From IMG/VR virus record IMGVR_UViG_3300037963_003458: a stretch of DNA of 64,000 nt; one strand, written 5' to 3'. The stretch is from an uncultured virus (IMG/VR IMGVR_UViG_3300037963_003458) (lineage: Duplodnaviria; Heunggongvirae; Uroviricota; Caudoviricetes). The notes beneath the pieces are model-generated. The model had not been told where the DNA came from, made no database searches, and saw nothing but the letters and a program-made list of their open reading frames with translations. Both the position numbers and the translations under genes were made by a program. Positions within the stretch are counted from its first letter, which is position 1, and each line of letters starts with the position of its first letter. Of the stretch, positions 20,485-28,267 are shown in pieces.

Positions 20485-21345
20485 TCAGACCATTTCAAGA
20501 GCTGTAGCCATGACCTTGTTGGTCTTAGCAGCTCGAAGTCCAATTGCGCAATCTACATAGCGACGATCCATATCAGGCTTACGGCCTCGCTTTGCAAGAT
20601 TGTGTTGAATATAATTAGTGACCGCATTTGCGCCAAGCCACTTAGAGGGTCGACATCCCTGTTCTACTTCTCGATCAAAGATATCGTTGCAGTACTGAAG
20701 ATAAGCACTGATCTTAGCAGCTTCGTTCTGAGCCTTGCTGTACTCGCCAGTCAAGTTCATAGCCATAGGAGCTGCCTTCTTCCAGAGAGATTCAAGCCAG
20801 TCCTTATTAACATCAGCGTTTACAAGAGGAGAAACGGTTTTACGCCAGTTACTCTCTTGGACACGAATGCCGTTAAGGTTTTCCTTGAGATCTTCAAGCT
20901 TTTGCTGGAAATCTCCGTTATGACGAATCTTGAACCAACTGTCGTTCTTCTTAGCAGAGCGGAAAGCCATGCTAAGCTGGTTAGAACAGCAAAGTCTAAA
21001 GGTTGTACCCATAGTAGTCACAGAGCTGGTTCCGTCAAAAGAGTTGACAAGAACCATATGAGAGTGTACGGGGTCATTCCCAAGGTCCATCTGAGAAATC
21101 TCAGCAGTATACATCATCTTCTTACCGCTCCATCGAGTTTCGACGGGCTTGTTAGTAACGATGCTGACAAGCTCTTCAGCTTCTGCGGGCTGAAGGATTT
21201 CGTAGTTGATACCGACGACACCTAGAGGTTCTCCAGTGTCAGTACGATAAGTAAGACAGTGAGAAGGGTCGTTAATGATTCCGTTGTCGCCATCATGGCC
21301 TTCGCAGACGCCAGTGATGGGGTGAGTCTTTGCTACAGTAAACAT
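20485..21345 (-). CDS. DUF932-family phage/plasmid protein
   Basis: RTDTGEPLGVVG.NYEILQ, LVNSFDGTSS, RLCCSNQL, IRH and W...NAVTNYIQH. Confidence 0.8.
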   Translation of the reverse strand: MFTVAKTHPITGVCEGHDGDNGIINDPSHCLTYRTDTGEPLGVVGINYEILQPAEAEELVSIVTNKPVETRWSGKKMMYTAEISQMDLGNDPVHSHMVLVNSFDGTSSVTTMGTTFRLCCSNQLSMAFRSAKKNDSWFKIRHNGDFQQKLEDLKENLNGIRVQESNWRKTVSPLVNADVNKDWLESLWKKAAPMAMNLTGEYSKAQNEAAKISAYLQYCNDIFDREVEQGCRPSKWLGANAVTNYIQHNLAKRGRKPDMDRRYVDCAIGLRAAKTNKVMATALEMV

Positions 21346-21357
21346 GTGTTCTCCATT

Positions 21358-21370
21358 AGTGATAGTGAAT
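21358..21370 (-). promoter_or_regulatory. Promoter-like repeat, class B core (TTCACTATCACT)
   Basis: Shares the TCACTATCAC core with 28121, 31422 and 31885; lies just upstream of an RBS. Confidence 0.45.
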
Positions 21371-21612
21371 CAGCGATTCTCTTTGATAGCCTTGCGCCAT
21401 TGAGCAAGACATTCTTGATATTCTTTAGAATCTTTTCCGTGAGATTCTGCTAATCTAATTAGTTCTGATCCCAATTGATATTTTGTGGTATGAGTAGAGC
21501 GATCAATGTCACCTTTGCCGCCTTCCCAAGCACGATAGTTTCCGCCAGCTTTTGCAATTGCTTCTCTACGACGATAAGCGTCCCAACTTGATTCTTTCAT
21601 ATTTACCTCCAA
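21370..21612 (-). CDS. Hypothetical protein
   Basis: GGKGDIDR motif; probable start at MKESS behind a GGAGG RBS. Confidence 0.55.
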   Translation of the reverse strand: MEVNMKESSWDAYRRREAIAKAGGNYRAWEGGKGDIDRSTHTTKYQLGSELIRLAESHGKDSKEYQECLAQWRKAIKENR

Positions 21613-21818
21613 GCTTGAGGATCTTCGTCCCCAGCATCATGACCGCCATTGTCGCACTTCATATTGTTCGGGGAAGACAAACTGTTTAAGTTCTCGCTTG
21701 GCGCTCCGTTCATTGTCATATAAAGCAGCTTTGCCGTTCTCTTCTTTAACCCATGTTCCCTCGAAGTTGGGAAACTTTGGTCCGGGTGTGTGCCAAATTC
21801 CATATTTTATTTCCTTTT

Positions 21819-22340
21819 CTAATCCCATAGATTTAAACAATCATTGTAATTAGCAAGATAAATATCTTTCCAGACTCTTAATCTTCCTTGTAAAACTAAG
21901 AATTGAGCTTCTTTAGGATTAATATCATTACTAAACGCATAAGCTGCAGTTGCCAAAGCAGCATTAGGATATAAACTAGGATTAAATACTTCGTGTACTA
22001 ATTCTCTCATATCTTCAATACGTTTAATTGTAGTTATAGGTAATTGAGATATTGCTTCTTCAATAATAGGATCTTCTCCTTTACAAAAAGTAGAGCCAAA
22101 ACCAGGTACTTTTTTATTAAGACTTTTTGTTAAGTGTACTTGTTCTTCCCATTCTTTGTTATTAAAGAAGTTACAAGCTTTCTCAATAGGAGCATGAATA
22201 TTACCCATGCTTAATAGAGCTGCAGCAAAAGATTCATACATAGGTTTACCTAGTACAGCCATTGAAGCTACAATTTGAGAACTAGCATTACCCCTTTTTG
22301 CTAATCTTTTGTGCATTCTGTCTAAATACTTTAATTCCAT
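21819..22340 (-). CDS. Citrate-synthase-fold-like protein (truncated, degenerate)
   Basis: GNASSQIV, FAAALLSMGNIH, KVPGFGSTFCKGEDP, LYPNAA and GRLRVW parallel the citrate synthase motifs NAST, AAG...G..HG, GFGH..Y..DPR, LYPNVD and R..GW. Confidence 0.6.
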   Translation of the reverse strand: MELKYLDRMHKRLAKRGNASSQIVASMAVLGKPMYESFAAALLSMGNIHAPIEKACNFFNNKEWEEQVHLTKSLNKKVPGFGSTFCKGEDPIIEEAISQLPITTIKRIEDMRELVHEVFNPSLYPNAALATAAYAFSNDINPKEAQFLVLQGRLRVWKDIYLANYNDCLNLWD

Positions 22341-22357
22341 TTTTAGTCTCCTTTAAA

Positions 22358-22443
22358 TAGCTCCGGAGGGACTCGAACCCTCAAGCCCGTTGAAGGGCGT
22401 CAGATTTTAAGTCTGATGCGTATGCCAATTCCGCCACAGAGCC
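22358..22443 (-). tRNA. tRNA-Leu(UAA)
   Basis: Cloverleaf with TCAGA-CTTAAAA-TCTGA anticodon arm, long variable arm and GTTCGAGT; no encoded CCA. Confidence 0.92.
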
Positions 22444-22448
22444 AATAA

Positions 22449-22522
22449 CACCCCGAGCAGGACTCGAACCTGCGACCTACGGTTTAGAAGACCGTTGCTC
22501 TATCCAGCTGAGCTATCAGGGC
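22449..22522 (-). tRNA. tRNA-Arg(UCU)
   Basis: ACGGT-CTTCTAA-ACCGT anticodon arm with canonical D and T arms. Confidence 0.93.
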
Positions 22523-22625
22523 AAAGGCCGAGGTCTGTTCCAATCGTCGTATCTTGCAAATACTTGAAGGATATAGTAAGGATTTTTCTTACAACGTTTA
22601 ATCCAAAGCAATAACCTTCTTAGTT

Positions 22626-22859
22626 TCATTCGTCCTCGTCAAGATGGCAAAGATTAGCTCTTTCGGTTGCGACTACATTAACATCCCAATCACGAAGTTC
22701 GCTGTCGTAAGTTGCCCAATTATCCCATTCGTGATCCCAAGGATCTTGTTCAAACTGAGCAATAGCTTCTTCCATGCTTTCAGCTTCAACAACAACTTCA
22801 GCAGTAGACCAAGTAGTTTCACATACGTTAATAATAATATCATAAAGTTGCTTAGTCAT
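22626..22859 (-). CDS. Hypothetical acidic protein
   Basis: VEAESMEEA motif; start placed at MTKQL. Confidence 0.5.
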   Translation of the reverse strand: MTKQLYDIIINVCETTWSTAEVVVEAESMEEAIAQFEQDPWDHEWDNWATYDSELRDWDVNVVATERANLCHLDEDE

Positions 22860-23145
22860 CAATTTTTCCGTTTCTAAAGAGTTCATTGTTAATGTCAGCC
22901 TCTTCTTTTTCTTCCTCGTTTTCAGGCAAGGTGTCTACCCAAGTACTAATACGATCCCAAAGATGTCTGTCACACCAATCGTTAATCATAGCGTCAATAT
23001 CGTCTTCGATTTCGCCTGCAACTTCATTTATAAAGTCATCAATCTCATCTTCCCAAGCTTCAGTTTTATTCGCAGCTCCGTAATAACTAGGACCAGCGCC
23101 TGCCATCCAACGTTCTACTTCGTATTCAATATCTCTAAAGTTCAT
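22852..23145 (-). CDS. Hypothetical highly acidic protein
   Basis: 97 aa, very D/E-rich. Confidence 0.6.
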   Translation of the reverse strand: MNFRDIEYEVERWMAGAGPSYYGAANKTEAWEDEIDDFINEVAGEIEDDIDAMINDWCDRHLWDRISTWVDTLPENEEEKEEADINNELFRNGKIDD

Positions 23146-23282
23146 TATCGAATCCTTTTTCCATTACCTGAGCGAGAAGTACGACCGGGAGGGTTGCCCT
23201 TCTTTTTCTTTGATCGACGCGGCTTACCTGGCTTTAGTCCTCGAACCATAGCCTTGTTACCAACATTTGTTTTTGATGCCAT
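23145..23282 (-). CDS. Small basic protein (45 aa; not in the ORF track)
   Basis: MASKTNVGNKAMVRGLKPGKPRRSKKKK...; TAATG-coupled at both ends. Confidence 0.55.
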   Translation of the reverse strand: MASKTNVGNKAMVRGLKPGKPRRSKKKKGNPPGRTSRSGNGKRIR

Positions 23283-23521
23283 TACGAATCCTTATCTTCT
23301 TCGTATCGAACTTGTTCATAATGATCGGGCTCAAAATCGCCGCGACCATCGCTAATATCGTCAGCTTCTTCGTGGGTCATGTCAAGTCCAGTATCGTCTT
23401 CTGGAATAAACTTTTCAATGTAGGTCATAAGTTCATCAAGGTCGTTTCCCGCACCGAGTTCAACACACCACCAAAGAGCACGGCACATAGATTCCCAGTC
23501 AGGTTTGTTTTTCATTGTCAT
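23282..23521 (-). CDS. Hypothetical acidic protein
   Basis: 79-aa coupled ORF. Confidence 0.55.
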   Translation of the reverse strand: MTMKNKPDWESMCRALWWCVELGAGNDLDELMTYIEKFIPEDDTGLDMTHEEADDISDGRGDFEPDHYEQVRYEEDKDS

Positions 23522-23651
23522 TATCCTTGTTGATAAAAGATTTAAGCTTATCTATTACGGTTAGATTATCGTTTGATTTTTCTTGGCTTTCAAGTTTTTC
23601 TATAACGAACTTAGCCAAGTCTTCCCAAAACTTTGACATAGTATTCTCCAA

Positions 23652-23725
23652 TGGGCCGAGTCGGATTCGAACCGACGATCTATCGATTATGAGTCGACAG
23701 CTTTGGACCGCTAAGCTATCGGCCC
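23652..23725 (-). tRNA. tRNA with CAU anticodon (probably Ile2, lysidine-type; Met not excluded)
   Basis: GGGCCGA/TCGGCCC acceptor stem, GTCGA-CTCATAA-TCGAT anticodon arm, A73. Confidence 0.88.
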
Positions 23726-23728
23726 TAA

Positions 23729-23808
23729 TGCACCGGGCAGGATTCGAACCTGCGGAAATGACGGCGATTATAAGTCACCCGCTACACGCCAACGCAGCTA
23801 GCCAGTGC
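23729..23808 (-). tRNA. Atypical tRNA-Ile(UAU)
   Basis: GCACTGG/CCGGTGC acceptor, GGTGA-CTTATAA-TCGCC anticodon arm, GCAGG-TTCGAAT-CCTGC T arm; enlarged D arm and variable region. Confidence 0.75.
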
Positions 23809-23811
23809 CAA

Positions 23812-23884
<73 letters not shown>

Positions 23885-23890
23885 TAAACT

Positions 23891-24304
23891 TTATTCGTTG
23901 TTTAGATATCCAGCAAACTGCATATTAGGCTCATCATAGAACCAAGAAATATCAACATTCTCAAACATTGCATTGAGTTCGTTATAAATTCCATCAGGAG
24001 GAGCCCAAGCTGTTTCAAAGTACATTTGAAGCCAGAGATCTTCGTTGTCTTCTACCCAAGTTTGATCAGCGACTTCTTCGATAACTTCCCACTTAGTTCC
24101 CCAAAGATCTACTGCTAGGTTGTAATCCCAGTTAGGCTCACCGTTTTCATCTTCTCCTAAACCCAAAGGTCGGATCTTATGAAAATCTAGGAAATAAGCA
24201 TTAGGGTTTTCATTAGACTTTGTAAGACATCTGTCTACAAAAAGAGCTTTGTCATCCAAACTATCAAAACTAATCGTCACTCTGTTTTCACACCAGTTAG
24301 GCAT
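23891..24304 (-). CDS. DUF1281/YubB-like ferredoxin-fold protein
   Basis: MPNWCEN start, WGTKW, FETAWAPP and YDEP...FAG. Confidence 0.75.
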   Translation of the reverse strand: MPNWCENRVTISFDSLDDKALFVDRCLTKSNENPNAYFLDFHKIRPLGLGEDENGEPNWDYNLAVDLWGTKWEVIEEVADQTWVEDNEDLWLQMYFETAWAPPDGIYNELNAMFENVDISWFYDEPNMQFAGYLNNE

Positions 24305-25054
24305 TGTTATTCTCCAATAGTGCCTTAGTTGAATGAGGGAAATAAGTTTCCATCGCGTTTTGAACAGCAGAAGCGTAAGGCCAGCATTCTGCTTGCGCGT
24401 TCTTGTCAATACGAAGCTTGACAAAACGAGCCCAAGCCATGAGAGAGCCTGACCAAATCCACTCGGTCATCATTGCAAGTGGTTGCGAGATGCGGGCTTG
24501 TTCTGGGCAAACACCTTCACGGCTAAGGCTACGATAGTCAGCCCGCCATTCGCGAGCTTGACCCTTGTACATTTCAAGATATTTGCCATCAATAGGCACA
24601 GCATCATCAAAAGTAGAACCTTGCTTCATGTTCTCAGGACGCCGCCGCCATGAATCAGGAACAAAATAAAACGGCGGGNNNNNNNNNNGACATAACGTCG
24701 GCTTACTTCGTTCCAAGTAAAACCAATCTGATGCTTGACAAACTGACGAGCAAGAAAGATTGGGGCTTGGAAACGAAACTTTAGAAAGCAGTGAGCAAAT
24801 GGCGACCAGTGATCGTGACGAGCAAGGTAGTTAAGAAGCTTGCGATCTTTTTCTTGAAGAACCTGCACATCTTCTACGTGATAAGAACATCCACTAAGAC
24901 GTTCCATAACTTCTTTATCAAAACCCCATTCAGTTTCTTTATCAAAGGAAACGCGAGCTGCATTGCATACTTCAAGATCAGAACCCATACGGTCAATATA
25001 AGTAACAGGCTCATACTCAACAACTTCAGTACCGTCAGTCTTGCGTAATCTCAT
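24297..25054 (-). CDS. thyX: Flavin-dependent thymidylate synthase (split by an N gap at 24679-24688)
   Basis: NAARVSF, HWSPFAH, ARQFVKHQ...NEVSRRY, PEQARI, RIDKNAQAE; the two track ORFs join across the gap. Confidence 0.92.
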
Positions 25055-25271
25055 GTTTAATTCCTTCTTTTAGTTGCTTTTCGTTTTCTTCATCAAGAGC
25101 AACCCAACGCATAAGTTCTTTTTCTAAGCGACCAAGGTTATTTCTAATTACTTGTTGAAGTTCAAGAGACCCCAATTCAAAAGGAACATAATGTGTTTTA
25201 ATATATACAAGTTCCCGTGAAATTGTAAAGGGTCCGTAAAAATCGTAATCGTTAGGAAGTTTAATAGTCAA
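25035..25271 (-). CDS. Hypothetical protein
   Basis: Coupled ORF in the minus-strand operon. Confidence 0.5.
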   Translation of the reverse strand: MTIKLPNDYDFYGPFTISRELVYIKTHYVPFELGSLELQQVIRNNLGRLEKELMRWVALDEENEKQLKEGIKHEITQD

Positions 25272-25696
25272 TCTGCGCCCTCATGAAAGGTTTTAGAAAA
25301 CTTTTTGTAACTTTTCCAGTTCTCAAAGTTTTTCTTTGCTGTAGTATAGTCATAAGGAAAATGTCTATACTCATCTTTAATACCACAAATTCTAGCTACG
25401 GTATCCCAATCTGCAAAAGCATTGTTATTCCAACGAAAGAAATCTCCGATACGAATAGCATCTTGTTCAGTGATGACTTTACCGTAGTCTTCAGCATAAT
25501 CAATAGCGCATCCAATTGCGTAATAATGATTATTTTGGTCAACTTCAGATACAATTTCTTCTTCTTCGTCGTAAAGAAAAACATGAATATCATTTTCACT
25601 TGCGACAATATCAATACGAGCATCAGAAAGAGCTACAGTGTAAGTCTTTTCAAGTATGTCATAGAAATTAGGAATGTGCGGATGCCACTTTGTCAT
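25268..25696 (-). CDS. Hypothetical protein
   Basis: 142-aa coupled ORF. Confidence 0.6.
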   Translation of the reverse strand: MTKWHPHIPNFYDILEKTYTVALSDARIDIVASENDIHVFLYDEEEEIVSEVDQNNHYYAIGCAIDYAEDYGKVITEQDAIRIGDFFRWNNNAFADWDTVARICGIKDEYRHFPYDYTTAKKNFENWKSYKKFSKTFHEGAD

Positions 25697-26085
25697 TTTC
25701 TCAATCCTTTAAGCTCAACAACGTTACCTTCAGTTGTTGAATATACAATATTAGTAAAAATAGCTTCACACCAAGGCATACAGATATGACAAGGTTTTGC
25801 CATACGAAGTTTTCCTGCATTATTAAAGCGATAGTTGTAAAGAGCTAAGTTGTCTTTAGAACAATTAAGCTTCATAAAAGCATGGATTTCGCTATGAAGA
25901 CTGCGGTATCCTCTGTACATATAACGACTGGGTACTTCAAAACCATTACCAGCAATAGAAACAATCTGATTATTTTGCGTAATAATTGAGACATGCTTCT
26001 TTCTTTGATTCAAGTTTTGAGCAACTTTCCAAGCTACTTTTATATTAGAATGGAATGTCGTTGTCGTCCCATGTATTAGAGTCAT
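25693..26085 (-). CDS. Cytidine/dCMP deaminase-like Zn protein
   Basis: HSE and PCHIC zinc motifs. Confidence 0.75.
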   Translation of the reverse strand: MTLIHGTTTTFHSNIKVAWKVAQNLNQRKKHVSIITQNNQIVSIAGNGFEVPSRYMYRGYRSLHSEIHAFMKLNCSKDNLALYNYRFNNAGKLRMAKPCHICMPWCEAIFTNIVYSTTEGNVVELKGLRK

Positions 26086-26248
26086 TGTAGTCTCTTGTAA
26101 TAGGTTTCCAATTTAAATCAGAATACAAAGTCTTTTCATCTGAATGCTCATCGTAACAAGGATAATCAACACCAGGAATTTCATAGTAGTCGTCATCAAT
26201 GTTATCTTTGTGCCAATGATTTCCGGGATCATTAATTGGAATTGTCAT
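26045..26248 (-). CDS. Hypothetical acidic protein
   Basis: Ends DDNDIPF; start placed at MTIPIND. Confidence 0.45.
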   Translation of the reverse strand: MTIPINDPGNHWHKDNIDDDYYEIPGVDYPCYDEHSDEKTLYSDLNWKPITRDYNDSNTWDDNDIPF

Positions 26249-26252
26249 AGTG

Positions 26253-26798
26253 TTATGTCCATTGAGTTGCCATTGCATTAGCAATGCCTGTATATGTAGT
26301 AGATCTAATTTTCCATCGATCTTTACTAGGAGGTAACTTATGTATACGAGCTTCTCGCCCTTCTACAATATTTGTAGGTTCTAATTTAGGAAGATTTTTA
26401 AGCCAGAGACAAGTAGCTTTAGTTTCACCGTGGCCAAATTGCCAAGGTTGAATAATTTGATCAGGTTTTCTAATTTTAGTAGATATAACAGAGATAGGAT
26501 TTTCTAAAGCAATCTTATCAATAGGAGCATCTAAAAGAAGTCTAACAAAATCAAGGGCTTCTTTTTGTTCTTGTTGCTTATCTTTAAACCAACGCGCTCC
26601 TGATACAGCTAAATGTGTGCAAGGAGGATGAGCAATCATTAAATCCCAACCGTTATCTAAAATATCTTTTACATCACCTTTATAGTGAGGTCCCTTTACG
26701 TCAGTCTCTAACAGATCGCAAGAAACAGCGTAATGACCTTCTCTTGTAAAAGCATCTCGAACTCTACCACTATATTCACAAGCAACTAAAACTTTCAT
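26253..26798 (-). CDS. Short phage DNA cytosine methyltransferase-like protein
   Basis: VLVACEYSG, IAHPPCT, ENP, QPWQFG and K.TCLW. Confidence 0.8.
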   Translation of the reverse strand: MKVLVACEYSGRVRDAFTREGHYAVSCDLLETDVKGPHYKGDVKDILDNGWDLMIAHPPCTHLAVSGARWFKDKQQEQKEALDFVRLLLDAPIDKIALENPISVISTKIRKPDQIIQPWQFGHGETKATCLWLKNLPKLEPTNIVEGREARIHKLPPSKDRWKIRSTTYTGIANAMATQWT

Positions 26799-26850
26799 GC
26801 GTTTTCCTCATCAAATAAAACCTGGCATTCATCGCAACGTTTACCGTCAA

Positions 26851-27249
26851 TCATTGGTTGATTGCAATCTTTACAGGAGACTGGGTAGCGTTCTTCATCG
26901 CACATTTTACTTTATTCCAATACTTTACAGTAGCAGACTTTTTAAATCCGTTTGGCCCGCCGTTCCAAATGCGAGCCATATCTTCAAAAGTAGGGACTCT
27001 TCCAAGACGCTTTTCTGTTGCGTATCGTTTCATATAAGCACGAAACACACGCTTAGAGTATTCTAGATCAGCGCATTGAGAGTATTGACCACCGATGTTA
27101 GCATCTTGCCAGCAGCCTCGGTGAATTTGAAGAGGACCCAAAGCAGCGCCATTGTCACCACGAATAGGACCAAGCTTCCCTCCTGTTTCAACCATGTGAA
27201 TTGCATGAATAAGATCAGCAATCTTGCGATTCAATAAGTTCGTCGTCAT
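26851..27249 (-). CDS. Invertebrate-type (destabilase-like) lysozyme
   Basis: AIHMVET, GPLQIHRGCWQDA, ARIWNGGPNG and YWNKV; start placed at MTTNLL. Confidence 0.75.
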   Translation of the reverse strand: MTTNLLNRKIADLIHAIHMVETGGKLGPIRGDNGAALGPLQIHRGCWQDANIGGQYSQCADLEYSKRVFRAYMKRYATEKRLGRVPTFEDMARIWNGGPNGFKKSATVKYWNKVKCAMKNATQSPVKIAINQ

Positions 27250-27433
27250 CGTCTGAGTACTCATCGTAGTACTCATTGAGGTCTGAGTATTGAGACAACA
27301 TAGATTCGATGTCATCAAAGTTATCAGCAGAAGAAATATTTTCATTTGTAATCCTAAATAAAAGTTCATCCATATGATCTGGATTACTAGCGTCAAGACC
27401 ATAGGAGTGCATTAGTTCTTCAAAGTCATTCAT
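27215..27433 (-). CDS. Hypothetical acidic protein
   Basis: 72 aa, D/E-rich. Confidence 0.5.
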   Translation of the reverse strand: MNDFEELMHSYGLDASNPDHMDELLFRITNENISSADNFDDIESMLSQYSDLNEYYDEYSDDDDELIESQDC

Positions 27434-27644
27434 TGACGTAATAAATCCCTTCGTCGTTCATTCGCATTCTGGAAGCAGATGGAGTTGCCATCTTTTCTTG
27501 AATACCCTTAGCTGCTGCGCTAAGATCCTGGCCAAGGCCAGCAACAGTATTACAACCTGCCAGAACAAATCCAATAACAATAGCAATAAGAAACCAAAGG
27601 CCAAAGCCCAAGATTTTACGTTCTCTGTCAGTACACTTTAACAT
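27426..27644 (-). CDS. Entericidin A/B-like lipoprotein
   Basis: Hydrophobic signal, lipobox LAGC, then NTVAGLGQDLSAAAKGIQE; AAGGA RBS. Confidence 0.75.
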   Translation of the reverse strand: MLKCTDRERKILGFGLWFLIAIVIGFVLAGCNTVAGLGQDLSAAAKGIQEKMATPSASRMRMNDEGIYYVNE

Positions 27645-27662
27645 TATAAATTCCTTAACATG

Positions 27663-27706
27663 TAGATCAAAAAATAGGTCTCCCCTAGCCGAAGCTAGAG
27701 GAGACC
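27663..27706 (-). terminator. Intrinsic terminator with UUCG loop
   Basis: GGTCTCCTCTAGC-TTCG-GCTAGGGGAGACC followed by TATTTTTTGATCTA. Confidence 0.8.
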
Positions 27707-27905
27707 CGTGAACGTTGTGACAGGATTTACTTATTACCTGCATGACTTGACCAAAGTAGGCAAAACAAGTCAGCCATTGCATCCTTCTGCGTCGAAGGTA
27801 TCTCTCACCGATAGGCTCTGAGATAGACGCGACTCATGCAATGCACCTTTGCGCGCTTTAGTTCACGCTTCAGTTACACAACAACACTGAGAGCTACTCA
27901 GTGCT
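27707..27905 (-). ncRNA. Candidate multi-stem structured ncRNA
   Basis: Nested complementary pairs 27707-13/27861-67, 27775-82/27836-43, 27789-93/27826-30, 27799-804/27820-25, 27743-49/27766-72 and 27721-24/27737-40, in an intergenic gap ending at a terminator. Confidence 0.5.
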
Positions 27906-27907
27906 AC

Positions 27908-28066
27908 TTACGAGTTAACAACAATAGCGATCTTCTTAGCAAGCTTCGAGTCATTCTTCTCGACAGCCTTCTGAAGACGATCCTTGATCTTGTCCTTCAT
28001 CGCTTCCGGAGTGTTCGGGTTGTTGAACACGCCCCAGATAACGTGGAGAGCAGTATCCTTGTTCAT
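27908..28066 (-). CDS. Small hypothetical protein (MNKDTALH...)
   Basis: GAAAGGA RBS; downstream of a class B motif. Confidence 0.6.
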   Translation of the reverse strand: MNKDTALHVIWGVFNNPNTPEAMKDKIKDRLQKAVEKNDSKLAKKIAIVVNS

Positions 28067-28120
28067 TTTCATTTCCTTTCGGAGATGGAAGTGACGATGC
28101 CTCACGGAAACATTCCGCGA

Positions 28121-28139
28121 CGGCAGTGATAGTGAGGAT
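28121..28139 (-). promoter_or_regulatory. Promoter-like repeat, class B
   Basis: ATCCTCACTATCACTGCCG. Confidence 0.6.
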
Positions 28140-28218
28140 TGCAAAAAAGCAAACAAGCCTCTCAGCAGACCACGCCAACATGACGGGCCAAGAGAGAGTA
28201 TTACGACAGTCCCTATTG

Positions 28219-28262
28219 AAAAGAAGGGAGCAGCCTGGCGATATGCCAAGCCGCTCCCTTCT
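28219..28262 (-). terminator. Intrinsic terminator after the minimal RNAP
   Basis: AGAAGGGAGC...GCTCCCTTCT stem followed by TTTT. Confidence 0.75.
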
Positions 28263-28267
28263 GTTTA

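Noticed and set aside
20602..21225. 207-aa plus-strand ORF, and the other short plus-strand ORFs in the track
   Set aside because: They lie antisense to recognisable genes, have no RBS or motifs, and have shadow-like composition.
24626..24716. Apparent frameshift or intron in thyX
   Set aside because: It coincides with a 10-N scaffold gap, so it is most likely an assembly artefact; an insertion cannot be shown.
27707..27905. tmRNA, group I intron or retron msr-msd as the identity of the structured region
   Set aside because: There are no tRNA-like ends or tag frame, it is not inside a gene, and no reverse transcriptase is present in the window.
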